NCBI GenBank assembly: GCA_040954595.2
Contig: CM082594.2
Location: 3,271,319-3,335,318 of the forward strand
Source: Balanoglossus misakiensis
Taxonomy: Eukaryota; Animalia; Hemichordata
Direction of reading: 5' to 3'
DNA: 64,000 nucleotides
Shown here: in pieces, positions 38,743-51,575 of the stretch
How positions within the stretch are numbered: the stretch's first letter is position 1
Layout of the letters: every line of letters begins with the position of its first letter
Translations under genes and position numbers: made by a program
The notes under the pieces: generated by a model
What the model saw: only the letters and a program-made list of their open reading frames with translations
Databases searched by the model: none
What the model was told of the DNA's origin: nothing

Positions 38743-41700
38743 CCCCACACACATAAATGGCCCACCACAAATATATTCTGTATTTTCCCCAGGATGACCA
38801 AATTCAGAATTTCAGTTTCAGATCTATCATTCTTAGAAAATGGTTACGGATTAGTTCAAAAACATCCTAAGACATCTCAGATTTTGTATCCCGTGTTTTA
38901 CTGCTATATTGGTGATGGAATTTATTGTGTATTATATCAAATCGCACCAGTGCAAGGTATGAGAAATGCATTTTGAAAAAAAAAATCGGTTCACCAGTAG
39001 AAGTTATGAGAGAAATCTATTTTGAAAAAAAATATCAGCAGGATCAGCTGAAATGTTTTGATTTAAAAATTTTCCCTTTTCAAGTATGTAATGTCATGTG
39101 CTGACTATAGGTGTTCTGGAAAAATACATGAATTATTCACTGCTCTCTGGTCCATCTTGGATGTATTAGACTCCTGGCAGTGTCCTTGTCTTTCCTTTCC
39201 TTTCCCACTTTGATGGCACACTAAGTACAAACTTCCTTCTAAGTTTTAGTAAACCCAAACTTTAAGACTCATTTTTATTCTATCAGGCAAACTTCAGAAG
39301 AACAAAGCAGTAATTTATGCAAATATATCCGAGCTATATTTAGACACGCTTACGCAGTGAGCGCATGGCCTGGGCATGGGGTGGAAGGGGTCAGGTCGGG
39401 TTCACCAACGCGCGCGTACGTTGGCTTCTCCTAATTTACATATCAATCAATGAACTTTAATCGCGTAACCCAGCCAGCGCGTTGACGGCCGATTATATCT
39501 TCGATAAAATAAGAAAAAACGGCATATAAAGACACAAAACTTTGTTTTTTTTCTTGAAATCTTTCTTTCTAAATAACTTTTACAATAGAATATTGATTCT
39601 GCAGTATGTTTTACTGATTTATTTGTGTATATTCACCGGCCCAATTGGGCCGACAAGATGTGAAAATAACCGGCCCACTATAAATATTTACCGGCCCGGG
39701 GCCGGTGGGCCGGCGTTAAGTTCGAGGCCTGACTGTTTACCCACGCGTGCTGTTTACAAGACTGTCGTCGGCCACGGCCTGCGAAACTTTCATACCGTCG
39801 CCATTTTGTGCAATGAATTCTGGGTACCGAGCAAGAGTTCAAATAATAAAGCAGGTCAGATAATGTCGAGCGAACCAAATAATGGTCGAGGTAATGTCGA
39901 GCGAACCAAATAATGGCCGAGGTAATGGTCGAGGTAATGTCGAGCGAACCAAATAATGACCGAGGTAATGTCGAGGTAATGTCGAGCGAACCAAATAATG
40001 GCCGAGGTAATGGTCGAGGTAATGTCGAGCGAACCAAATAATGGTCGAGGTAATGTCGAGCGAACCAAATAATGGCCGAGGTAATGGTCGAGGTAATGTC
40101 GAGCGAACCAAATAATGACCGAGGTAATGTTGAGGTAATGTCGAGCGAACCAAATAATGACCGAGGTAATGTCGAGCGAACCAAATAATGGCCAAGGTAA
40201 TGGCCAAATAATGACATAATAACATAATAATGATGAGAAAACTACCAAATAAAGACATAAGCTATTTTTGGCGGTGTTCTCACCCCATATGAAAGTCCCC
40301 GTATAGAAGTTCTGCGCTTTGAAGATTAAGTTTAGAACGTTGTGCGGAGAGGTGCTATTAATCCTTTACACTGGCTCATGATCAGGTCTGGTCGGCACAG
40401 CGGTCTCAAATCTGAAACGTTTCAGGACCACTTAAACCGTACACACATACAAAATTTATGCTAGTATATGAGCTGAGATATTTCAGAAACGTTTCAATGG
40501 TCCTTGTTTGTACACTATGGTACATGTATGCTATAAGTCATTTTCTAAACAAGCCCGTAACACATAAATATTAGTCTGAGTGGCCATATATTTGATGCTT
40601 ATCAGCGACTTACATGCGATAACGATGACGACGTCACTATATTTGGTCGCCCCAAGACGCGAGGTTGAATACTGACGCAAGAACCTCGGGTGTCTGATTC
40701 ATGAAGTTGCGTCGTAAACCGATCAAAATCAAGGTGAGTTGGAAGATATACATTCGGTATTTAAATCGGTGTGCGATAATGGCGGTCTAGACTTGCAGCA
40801 CACACCTCCCAAAGCAATTCAGAGTCGGTATGTTCTCAAGAAGGTCTTGGCTAGAAGCGTAGAGACCGAACTCCTCTGCGAGGTGACTCTGAAGTTCCCC
40901 AGAATGCCAGCGGTTGTCGGTCATTGATGTCACCCGCGGAATAGCTATTTGAATAATCACAAGAAAATGTTTTGATGTGTACACGAGGAAAAAGGCATAC
41001 GTTTCGTATGTCGACTTATACTTCGGTCTGAGCTATTCATGTCCAGTATTCAATCGTATAGACTAAAGGTCAACTGAAGAAACTCGAACAGTGCCACCAT
41101 TATGATATCTGGCAAATATTTATTTGAATGAATGATAAACTGCTATTGTGATTTACCCTTTTGTGTATTGTCAAAAGTATCTCTACCTTTTATCAATAAG
41201 GTACAAAGTGGGATACTATGTTTGAGTCGGGCATCACTATACCATAGACATGCAGTGCGTAATGAACTTTTACAATGCAGACATGGCTATGTGCGCGTAG
41301 TTTCCTGTCGGCAGCTCCAAAGTAAAGAGTCCGTGACTATAGTATATCCATGAAGATACAATCACGCCATATGCCGAAGCATGTAGATAGACGTACCTTA
41401 AGTCCTTACATAATGATTTAACCCGTAAAGCCCCAGGCGCATGCGTGCGCGACTGAAAACCGACCAAGACAGAGAATTGTCCAACAGAAACAAGTAGGCC
41501 AAGTCAGGCACACTTTCACGGAAAACACGAATTTTAACAGATGTGTTGATAAATAGTAACTATTGGTCATGCTTAGATTATTAGTATCTTTTTAAGCGTC
41601 ACAGTTTTTTTTTACAAACTACTATTCTAATTGCGGCATCGCTGTCACTGTAAAAGTGGTACATTGGGTGTTTGGGTAACGCGATTTTCAACGATCACAC

Positions 41701-41800
41701 AAAACTAACATAAAAATGTGATTTTTCACCTTAGCGATCACTTTTGGACGTGGAAGAGAAAAATAGTAATTTGGGAACCGGTCATTTCTGATATTCGTCG

Positions 41801-43891
41801 ATGATGGCTTCGGGAACGTCCACACAAGGTTCGAACAAATACAAGACGGATGACGTCATAGGCGACACCAAAGATGACGGTGCGTGTTGCAGCAAAAATG
41901 CCCGCGCTGCGGTGGTCATCGGGATGGTGATCGTGATTCTGGCCATCACCACGGTCATACTGCTGGTTTTTCTGTTACCCGAGGATTCGACGACCACCTT
42001 CCAGATTGGCGACGCGTCGCTAACACTGACGACCAACGAAGTCTGGCTGAACGTCAGCAGTGAGAGGGGACTCGTGCTTTCGGGCACCCTCGGCGGGAAT
42101 CTGCCGGCGACGGCCGAGCACAGCACCTGCGAGGGCCACGGCGGCGGCTCCGCCTGCATCCAGTGGGACAACTACGCGAAGTTGCAGGTGACAGCAGAAG
42201 AGTTCGAAGAGGCCACTTGTTATAACATCGATTGGACGTCGCTTGATATTGACCACACGCTGCTGGACTGCTATTCGTTGAGCGGCGCTCACTGGTACGG
42301 GAGCGCCGAGATGTACTACCAGCTGTGGCCAATCGAGCAGTGGAACGAACCAATGACATTGTACCTCTCGGGAGACATGTTCGCGCGTCCGACCGACTAC
42401 GGCTCTGTTCTCGAGCGCTATTGGCTTTCATCCCAGGGTGTTGGCGTCTTCGTTGACGGAGACGTGCCCTTATTCGCGAGTCTGAACAGCAACAACGACG
42501 GCAAAGTCTGTTACCAGGCAACGTACCAAGACTCGCCGTATCCTAATCCCGACAACAAGCCCCCGTTCATGAACTATAAAGTCTGCACCGGTAAAAATGT
42601 CAAAACCATCCACCAATACATGTCCTCGAGGTTTTTCAAAAACCCCACCGGCATTCCCGATGAACGAATGATGCGGCTTCCGATCTGGTCGACGTGGGCC
42701 CGGTACAAGATCAACATCAACGAGTCGGTTGTACTGGGCTACGCGCAGGAAATTAATGACAACGGATTCCCTAACAGCCAACTCGAAATCGACGACGGTT
42801 GGGCTACCAAGTATGGTGACCTCACCTTCGACCCGATTAAGTTCCCCAATCCCCGGAATATGACCGACGAACTCCACGACCTCGGGTTCCGAGTCACTAT
42901 CTGGACCACCCCTTTCGGCAACTACGACTCCGAGGCCTTTTCCGACGGTCTGATCGCAAGTTCCGACGGAAATCACTACTGGGTGCGAGAGCCTAGAAAC
43001 CAGGCGCCGGGTCTCATCTCGTGGTGGAACGGCATCGCCGGTATACTCGATGTCACCCACGCCGACGCCTACGCGTGGAACGTGCAGAGGCTGGAAGACT
43101 TTTGCGAGGAAACCGGCGTCGATTCTTACAAGTTCGACGCCGGGGAGATCAACTACCTCCCCGTTGGGTTTGTCGCCGACGAGGAACTGGTCAACCCCGG
43201 CATGTACACCAAACGCCACGCCGAGATGTCCGCCGAGCTCGGCACAATGATCGAAATCCGCGCCGCCTGGCAGAGTCAGGACTTGCCGATCTTTGTGCGG
43301 ATGATGGACAAGGACTCGAAGTGGGGCTACGATAACGGTTTCAAAACGCTGATAAACACGGCGCTGACGTTCGGCATCCTGGGCTACCCTTTCGTTCTCC
43401 CCGACATGATTGGCGGGAACGCCTACAACGAAGGCTTCCACGGGGAGTACCTGCCGGAACAAGAACTCTTCCTCCGCTGGCTGGAGTTGACCGCGTTCCT
43501 CCCATCGATGCAATTCTCGGTGTCACCATGGCAATACGACGACCCGAGCGTCACCGAAATCGCCAGGCAGTGGGTCGATTTTCACGACAAGACAATCGGA
43601 CCGAAACTGGTCTCTCTCGCAGAGGAAGCCATGGAAACAGGCGCGCCCATCATCCGCCCTCTGTGGTGGATCGCACCCGAAGACGAGGAGGCGTTGACCA
43701 TCGATTCCGAGTTTCTAGTCGGGGACGACCTGTTGGTGGCGCCGATACTCGACGAGGGCGCCACAGCTCGCGATGTCTACCTTCCCGCTGGGAACTGGAT
43801 CAACGAACTGACCGGTGAGAGCGTCGGCGGTGGGCAGTGGATTCAAGTGAACGTGCCAATCGACAAGATTGCCTATTTCACTAAAGAGTAG
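41801..43891 (+). CDS. MYORG: Myogenesis-regulating glycosidase (GH31, type II membrane protein), single coding exon
   Basis: 696-aa ORF with an N-terminal TM. Motifs WYG, ERYWLSS.G, PIWSTWA, QLEIDDGW, KFDAGE (nucleophile), PDMIGGN (acid/base), PIIRPLWW, LLVAP. Probable 5'-UTR intron from donor ~40734 to acceptor ~41734. Confidence 0.93.
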   Translation: MMASGTSTQGSNKYKTDDVIGDTKDDGACCSKNARAAVVIGMVIVILAITTVILLVFLLPEDSTTTFQIGDASLTLTTNEVWLNVSSERGLVLSGTLGGNLPATAEHSTCEGHGGGSACIQWDNYAKLQVTAEEFEEATCYNIDWTSLDIDHTLLDCYSLSGAHWYGSAEMYYQLWPIEQWNEPMTLYLSGDMFARPTDYGSVLERYWLSSQGVGVFVDGDVPLFASLNSNNDGKVCYQATYQDSPYPNPDNKPPFMNYKVCTGKNVKTIHQYMSSRFFKNPTGIPDERMMRLPIWSTWARYKININESVVLGYAQEINDNGFPNSQLEIDDGWATKYGDLTFDPIKFPNPRNMTDELHDLGFRVTIWTTPFGNYDSEAFSDGLIASSDGNHYWVREPRNQAPGLISWWNGIAGILDVTHADAYAWNVQRLEDFCEETGVDSYKFDAGEINYLPVGFVADEELVNPGMYTKRHAEMSAELGTMIEIRAAWQSQDLPIFVRMMDKDSKWGYDNGFKTLINTALTFGILGYPFVLPDMIGGNAYNEGFHGEYLPEQELFLRWLELTAFLPSMQFSVSPWQYDDPSVTEIARQWVDFHDKTIGPKLVSLAEEAMETGAPIIRPLWWIAPEDEEALTIDSEFLVGDDLLVAPILDEGATARDVYLPAGNWINELTGESVGGGQWIQVNVPIDKIAYFTKE

Positions 43892-44549
43892 AAGTACATA
43901 CAGCTGTCAAAAAGAATAAAGGAACGTTCATTGTTTACGACGGGGGGGGGGGTCAGAAACATTCGGGTTTTTCATACAGCGCAGAGGGTGGGGTAGCTTA
44001 ATTTTCAGTTGGATCTCTGTCGAAGACAATCATTATCCCAATATCTATAGATGACAAAATACCATTTAACATTTTGTACAAGCATTTGACATTTATTGTC
44101 CAGTTACACTAAAATAGCATCTGTCAGTTAAATTTAATTTCCAGTACAAAAAAATTCATTATACCAATTTCAAATGTTATTATGTACCGAAGATTTAACC
44201 CGGCTAGTCGAAATATAAACCGTGCAGTGCTAACTACATTACGAAAACCTATAAGTAAAAAGTGTAAATTGTAAATGGTTTCACGTGAAAATTGTCGGAC
44301 TGCGTCTGATTCCGGTGTATATTTCAGAATCTCTTGTCATGACATTGAGTCACATGTGATTTGCCTCTTTATAAACGACCAACCTTTGATCCGTGTTTTT
44401 GTGCGCTAATTACGGAAATGAGATATACTATGATATGATTGTGCACAATTAAAAAAATACACGCTGATTTCTAAATTTGCGAAAATAAACCAAATTTGCA
44501 TTAAGATATACACTTTTGTAAAAGTACAACATAATAAATGGTATTCTTT

Positions 44550-44663
44550 TTATTTTATTAGTTTCTTTTCCCGGAGAATATCTTCTAATCGTCCAGACCG
44601 ATCCATTTTTTCAATCTCTTCACAGCCTCCTAGGAATTCCCCATCGAGAAATATTCTTGGTAC

Positions 44664-44704
<41 letters not shown>

Positions 44705-46081
44705 AGAGGGGGGAGAGAGAGAGAGTGAGAGAGACTCGTATTACTCAACGTTTGTTTTTCTTTCTGCGTATACTTATCGCAATTTTAATAAATACTAAAA
44801 ACATCAGTAGGATGTCGTTTTTAGTAATGCAATATGGACATACCGGAATGAAATACACCAACATCATAAGTGTCGTCAGATCAGTTGATGCGATTCCGGG
44901 CTGATTAGGGAGTTCAGTTTTTTTATGTTCAGGGTTTAAGGGTGGTCTGCTCATTGAGGTACTGTGGTCTGCTGTGCTAACGAAACAAGCACAGCATAGC
45001 ACCACTAGCGGCAGAACTGGGTCAGGGAACCAGACTCAACACGAGCATCACACACCTGACGGTTTGAAAGGGACGTCGCACACGCATGATTACCCACTAA
45101 TGCTTGCATGGGTTTAATGGCTGGGTATCTCACTTGTAAACAACAATTACGTTGATTGCTACTCGTAGTGGTCTGCGTAATCGCTCGATAAACTCGAGTG
45201 GACGCTTTCTAAATGACAGGCAATTTACGTACAAACAAACTGAGCAATTTGAAAAGGTCATTGTTTGGGACGGGTTTTGCTGAGGAGGCGAGGAAAAGAA
45301 CATTACCCCCAACCTTGGTGCCTTCCTTTTCGGTAGCTAGTAATTATGTCTTGAGTAGAAATGTCCGAGTCCATACACATGTAAAGCACCGGTTCATTAA
45401 TAATCTGTTTCTCTGATTAATTTACAAATGTACTTGCTTATTAAATAGAATGAGCACGATGTTTACCTGGCCTAACACATCCAAAACGATAGGATTTGAG
45501 CACAAAATGTATGTGCTTCCTTGGCTATGGAGTAGCGCCGAAGATGAGTTTGGCTAAGCTTATGGTCGGGCCATATAGTGACTATTTGACTACAGATACA
45601 TTTTGGCACGGTGTGCGGTAATAAGAGTTATTGCATACGTACCACTGTATTCTATGTGATCCGTGCAATAATTTTCTGGTATATTTTCAAGCTCATATCA
45701 AATGAGCATTCACCCCCCCCCCTCAATCGATCGTATCATTCAGCGATTTCAGCGGGAATGGGGTGGGCCCGCCTGTCTACCATGGTGCAAGGTGGTCTCG
45801 CACCACCAAGCAGAGCATATACCACCGACCGATGCAAATCGACTTACCGATTTGGCGCCGGTTAGCTGTTGGAAATAGGCCTGGACTTCCACCATATCCT
45901 TTCTGTCGTGGATGGACACGTCCTCCACCCTCTGCCGGAGTTTGTAGTTTTTGAGAATTTCCACGGCTCGTTTGGTGTAAGGGCAATACGGCAGACTGAA
46001 CACCAACAGTCTGTGTTCCTCCACCTTGTCGTCGACAAACTTCCGCGCGTTGGCTTCTCTGCGTTCTTCGGGGGATGACAT
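44550..46081 (-). CDS. Glutaredoxin (class I-like) with a CPYT active site
   Basis: Exons 46081-45848 and 44663-44550 give ...VFSLPYCPYTKRA...LTGAKS|VPRIFLDGEFLGGCEEIEKMDRSGRLEDILREKKLIK*. The N-terminus is uncertain. Confidence 0.88.
44665..44734. repeat. (GA)n microsatellite forming the polypyrimidine tract of the glutaredoxin acceptor
   Basis: Direct reading. Confidence 0.9.
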
Positions 46082-46234
46082 CTTGGGGGGCTCGTTTCCA
46101 ACTTTCTTCTGTGAACAACCTAGACCTCTAAAGAAATCGTAAAGTAAATATGCACGATTTATTGTCTCGTGACCTAATGGTATTCAAGATTATTGGCCCA
46201 CTTTTACCGGCGGCCCCCGTACAGTGCTCAGCTA

Positions 46235-46356
46235 GGGCCTGGTCAGAATTAACAGGCGGGAGGCTTGTGCGATTTGGGGAGGGTCAGTATTTTTCATGCA
46301 TCCAGGTTTTGTGTCGCACCAGTCCCCCCCCCCCCCTGGTAATTCTGACCAGGCCC
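46235..46356. mobile_element. Short MITE with GGGCCTGGTCAGAATTA TIRs (PIF/Harbinger-like)
   Basis: CTA|GGGCCTGGTCAGAATTA...TAATTCTGACCAGGCCC|TTA. Confidence 0.6.
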
Positions 46357-49300
46357 TTACAACCAAGAACTTTGGCATGTCGTCTATCAGTATTCGTATT
46401 AAACATGATGGGTCAGAGAACGAGTTTTGGTTAAAAGATGAGCAAAATGGTTTGCGTACACGCCGCTGGAAAAACAGGGCTTGGACCACGGTCACTGCAT
46501 GGTTAGTTGGCCGAGTTTGACATCAAATGGACTAATAGTCGTCCAAATGGAAACAAAAGTCTGATCGAAAAGGCGCGCTTTGTGAAGCCGCTAGCGAACG
46601 ACATAATTATGGGGTAGGCAGGGCAAACGTGTATTGAACAGTCGAGAAGTCCAAGCAATCAAAACGATTGTCTCAGAACGTTCGACGCTCAGACATCTTC
46701 TCCCACAGCTAATTTATAACAGTGGGTCAAATCTTTTGTTTCCAATAAACAGTTACGTGCTAACACAAAGGCTTTCTTGTTTGCCTTCATTGTTCTGCCC
46801 TGGGATCGCGAAAACGGCCTGGGTGAGCGACTCTCGGCTGGAGATTCCTTTCCTTTTCATCTGGGCCATAATGGTGCCGTACTGTCCCGTGATTCCTTTC
46901 TTAAACTTGTCACCGGTGAGAATTTACACGTAATTCTGATATCGCATCTCGCCCAATGATTTACCTCCAATGAAAGGGGAGATGGCGGCAACTTTTCACT
47001 ATTTTTACATGTAAGTGTATAAAAAGCTAAACGTTTAATATTCAAGATTAGTACGATAGTGCGGCCCCCTTTTGATATTACCATTAAGCTTACTTTATTT
47101 TATTTTCTATGTCATGACAACTCATTTTGTTTCTGAATTTGGACATTCGAGGATAAGTAGTAGTGAAGTCATAAAAAGAACTGACTTGTACGTGTTCGTG
47201 GGCTCAGGGTATTGGCCACCGTTGGCGTTGGTTTAAATCTGTCGATTTGGGTATACGCTTGTGATTCTGCGCACATAGCCTGCTCTGACTTGTGGTGTTG
47301 CAAGCAAGACTAACACTATCCAGTTTCCGTCCAAAAGGCAATGGAGAAGTCGTATGCAGTGTTGCCAACTCTCTGCCCCTCCCTCCCTCCTCTCCCCGCC
47401 CTCCTTTCCTTCTTCTCTACTATATCTCTCTCCAATTGCCTCGGTCGAAATTTCTTAATTTCCATGGGGAAAACACACTCTCCATAGCCCTAAGAGTACC
47501 GTTGTAACCAATAGAGATTGCCGCTGCCAGCAGGTGTGCAGTGCCACGGTTTCAACTACGGAGAAGATGTTGACCAAAAACACATACTATGTGCACGTAT
47601 ACAAATTCATCAAGGTCTGTGTTGTGCATAAAGCGTACATGAAGATACATATACAGTTGCTCACCTGGGGAAGTTAGTTTGAAATGGCAGCTTTGCCTGT
47701 AACCTTCTTTCGTTCGGCGCACTGTTCAGTGTATCCCGGACCGGATCTGTCAACAAGGTTCGGCTGTCACAGACCCTTATGACGCCACCACTGCCTTAAA
47801 AGTGTTTTTAAAAGGACGGCGCGGCATTCGCTATAAAGACAATGTACGAATCGACGCGTGACACAATTATCTCCTCGAGACAATATAGTAAATAGGGATC
47901 TTGGCAAAGGGGAAATTTGGCAGCTATACGTGTTGAAAATAGTGGCGATCGAAGATGCAAATTATTGAAATTATTGAAACGATATCCTCTTACTGTGATC
48001 TGATATATTACCAAGTAAAAAAAGCCACAACAACAGCAAGACACAGTTGCACGGAACAAGAGGAAGGGAGAGAACAAGAGGAAGGGATTAACGTACTTGA
48101 CGGTAACGAACAGAATGGTCATTTGAAACGACTGTGTCCACTTTACAATTGAAGCCAAGCGCTTTAATTCTAAACCTGAAGGGAAATGTCGAAGTGAAAG
48201 AGAAGGTTGTTGTTATGTCACACTCCTCAAAAAGAGATTTCCAAGGAATATTGGCCTCAAAATGTGATTTCGTGTTTTCAGGGAATATTGAAATTTCCCA
48301 AATCACCTTTTTTTTGAGGAGTGTGACAGTTACAGAGAGATTTATATGAAGTCTTTCTTCTGATTTACTTTCTTGAAACCTTTGTAAATCCGAGAGCAGA
48401 TGCTGTTTTTCGGTTTAGCTTCGGGCGTCTTTACACCGACAACTTCACAACAGCAAATGTTATTTCCCCTGCATGTTCAAAGTGCCCATTTAAAGCGTGC
48501 GGGAAATAACCAAGCCCAGGAATCTCCGTCGAAATGTCGGCCTCTACAATTGTCCCCACTCAGGGATATACCTGCGGTGTCGAGTCTCTGGCTGTGCACT
48601 ATACACGTACATCAGTTACTTCAACTGCTTATAGGTGGATCAAGAAATATGACAGAATGACGACTTGACTTGTTATTAACCCTTTAACCAGTGTGGTTTG
48701 GTCCTAATCCATTGTTTCTAGTGGTAAGGTTGGATCTCTATTCAGGAAATGGGGGGGGGGGAGTTATAAAGAATATTTTCGTCGTGGCTTCTATACACGC
48801 ATTGATAAGTTTCGGGTGATAACCGAGACACGGTCACGAAACACGCGAATATGTCCTCGGTACTATACTATGCAACACTACGAAAAAGCAAAAATGAGTA
48901 TTTTGGTTCCGAAATGGATGACAATGAGTCACTGGTTTTCCGGCATTAAATGTAGTTGGGTCACATTACTTAAGGAAACAACCTTAACTTTTAACATCAT
49001 TCCGTGTCGTTGCACCCAGTAGGCAAACCACGTGACCACATTCAAAGTAAGATAATGATAGTAGGGAATCGTTCTCAGTGTAAAGAATATCGACCACTAT
49101 TGGTATCACCGTACATGAAGGACCCAATTAGGTTCGTAGCAGTAACCTGCGTAATTGCTCCTCGATGTGGTCCAGTAGATTATTAAAATGGACAATTTAG
49201 GGTCTAGACCAAAACAAGGAGATGTGTTGCCCTTGTTTTGTTGATGTGGCGTCGTCTCAAAGTTGTGCCTACGCTGCAATGAAGGCTTTCTCGAGCTCGC

Positions 49301-49618
49301 GAAAAATAACTTTCCACGTCCTGTCAACAATGTTGTATTTAGACTCGGCCCGTGGAGCGACCGTGATTTGGGCTACAGAAATATCACGTTGTAGTGTTTG
49401 TCAGCAAATAACCAAGTGAAAGTTTTCTTTGAAAATGTCTAGATATCGTTGTTGTCCGTATCGATGGCGTTATTCATACACGCAAACACCTCACCACAAA
49501 AATCATTGTAAATTTGCATACATCCAGGCACTTCCGTAAACAAGAAGCGCTGTGTTGTACACCTGTACTCAGTGGGGCCACCCTTGGCGCTGGAAAGAAA
49601 TCCTAAATTACTCTTTAA

Positions 49619-50051
49619 ACCCCGGTGCGGAAAGTACCGGGGTTCGGATTAACGTGTGTTTGTATAGTTGTTTATTTGGGAGTGGTCGTCGTGCATAATG
49701 ACTGTGTAAATGCTCTCATGTACACAGAAAATAATTGAACACTTTACACTTCGACGCGATTGACAACTGTTTGAATGGCGTGGTTATTGTTTCCCAGGGA
49801 TGCTTCTGAAAAGCACTGAAACCAGATTTCTCCCAAAATCATCGTTGTTTCAAAAGCTCGTGTACTTTTTCGTCGATAACTTTATGCTGTGTGTGTTTAT
49901 AAAGCCAACTACTGTCGTTGTGTGGTGTAATTCTTTATTCTTGGACCTGTTTGGGCCGATTTTCATAGAGCCAAGATCGTTGGTGTTGTCAGTCAAACGG
50001 CATTAAGATTCGCCACTGATTTGGGGGGTCTTTTATACCCCGCACCGGGGT
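49619..50051. mobile_element. TTAA-flanked MITE with ACCCCGGTGCGG TIRs (piggyBac/Kolobok-like)
   Basis: TTAA|ACCCCGGTGCGG...CCGCACCGGGGT|TTAA. Confidence 0.65.
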
Positions 50052-50553
50052 TTAAGTACATGTATGCCCTAATTAGTGATGGGACCAGGAATAAAAGCGT
50101 CAACACAGCTGCTTGTGATTAACAACAAATTGAACATTGGAAATTAATTAAAAGTGTGACAAACAAATGAAAGCTTGTAACAATGGAAGGTGATTGTTCT
50201 ATACCTAAATAATAGCACAAAGGAGGGTAAATTTACATGCTGTGGAAAACCACACTCGTTTGGAGTGATGTTGTTGACATGTTTTTCAAGGGACGTGGTA
50301 ACTGTGTTTGTTACTCGTGATGGCGTACATTAACCAGTCCTCGCCGTCCGAGAGACACCTGGTAACAGGTAACCGAATTAAAGGCGATAGTAAAACTGCG
50401 CCTGTGTGACGTTTCTTCCACATCTCATTGGTACAGACAAGAGCTGACAATCGACAAACTGAATTGCCTTTTCTGGAGTATGCACTCGGAGATGTTATTA
50501 TCTAATTAATTGCTACCTTGGGTACTTCACTTACCATCGGATCTCTCTGACGC

Positions 50554-50699
50554 AATCTGATTAAAATCAGACGTAGGTCACGGCGACGTCTTTTACTTAT
50601 GCGGTACGGTGTTCTTTTGCTGCCGCCTCGTAAGAATACGGTACCGCGTAAGTAAAAGACATAAGTCGCCGTGCCCTACATCTGATTTTAATCAGATTG
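50554..50699. mobile_element. Hairpin MITE
   Basis: CAATCTGATTAAAATCAGA...TCTGATTTTAATCAGATTG, with an internal stem TCTTTTACTTA.GCGGTAC / GTACCGC.TAAGTAAAAGA. Confidence 0.7.
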
Positions 50700-51575
50700 T
50701 TGTGTGACGCTGTCGCGCAGTAACGTTTCTGACTCTACTCTCAGTCACTGGTAAAGAACTCACCAGACGTTGATCCACAAACTCAAATTTTGACACAATA
50801 GCCGTCGCACTTCTTCTTGGTTACTTTTCACAATTCAGGTTTGCAATTTCAGTGATTTTTAACGGCAGCATTTCATATGAGATAACATCTAACAAGCGAT
50901 GAAATGCTTTCTCGCACACAATGTTATGTCAAATAAATAAGTGCTTTATTTCAGTCCTGATCATAGTCATGTACTAGTACTCAAAAATGCGAGTCAGCAC
51001 ACAAATTAGCGAATGTCGCCATAGAGGGCGCCACAGGGCGGTATACATATTAACACGTGTGGCCGTAGAGGGCGGTATGCATATACGCAGTCACTTGATT
51101 TTTGTTGATACATCATCAAAAATTAGACACAAAAGATAAAAAGAGAATTCATATAGTTTTAAAAAGTGGTGTTCAGTGTATCCCATTGAAATGACAATGT
51201 ACATGTAACCATACTTTGAATCCGTTTAATAATTTTCCTTTTGGCTGTCTATTGCTATCTTCTTTTACATTGAAACATTATCTAGTATTCAGATTGACAG
51301 GTTGCAAACAACTGGCGTGTATTGTGCAAGCATTGGAATCACGTCCAGGCAAACAAGAATTTACAGTAAAAATTGCACTTAGTTCATTGCTGGATATGAG
51401 AAGATGAGAATACGGTTTGCACAATCTATGCACCTTTCTATAGATACTTGTAATCCCTTTGGGATTTACAGAATATTACTGAACATTGGGTCAGTTTTGG
51501 GGAGATGGTTTGAGAGCAAATTCTGATCATTTGATTGGTTACCCTGCTTTCTGTCCATCAAGCTACTTGCTCATG

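Larger units (their letters stand above)
37715..40289. mobile_element. Non-autonomous foldback DNA transposon with ~0.92-kb TIRs and 6-bp TSD TGAAAG
   Basis: TIRs at 37715-38642 and 39373-40289 begin TATGGGGTGAGAACACCGCC. TGAAAG lies directly outside both ends (37709-37714 and 40290-40295). The ORF track shows identical mirror ORFs. Confidence 0.9.

Noticed and set aside
37510-40258. Repetitive 123-275 aa ORFs mirrored on both strands
   Set aside because: They come from the TIR minisatellite and show no transposase or other protein motif.
42470-43513. 347-aa antisense ORF
   Set aside because: A shadow ORF of the GC3-rich MYORG codons, with no recognisable domain.
41801-43891. GC-rich intronless glycosidase as a horizontal transfer or retrocopy
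   Set aside because: The motifs and type II TM match metazoan MYORG, whose coding region is also a single exon in mammals.
46082-46120. In-frame upstream GCSQKK as a possible myristoylation/palmitoylation N-terminus for the glutaredoxin
   Set aside because: No upstream exon supplying ATG-G was found; the candidate exon ending at ~47665 has no in-frame ATG.
47955-48152. 65-aa ORF downstream of a TATAAA
   Set aside because: No recognisable homology and no supporting exon chain.
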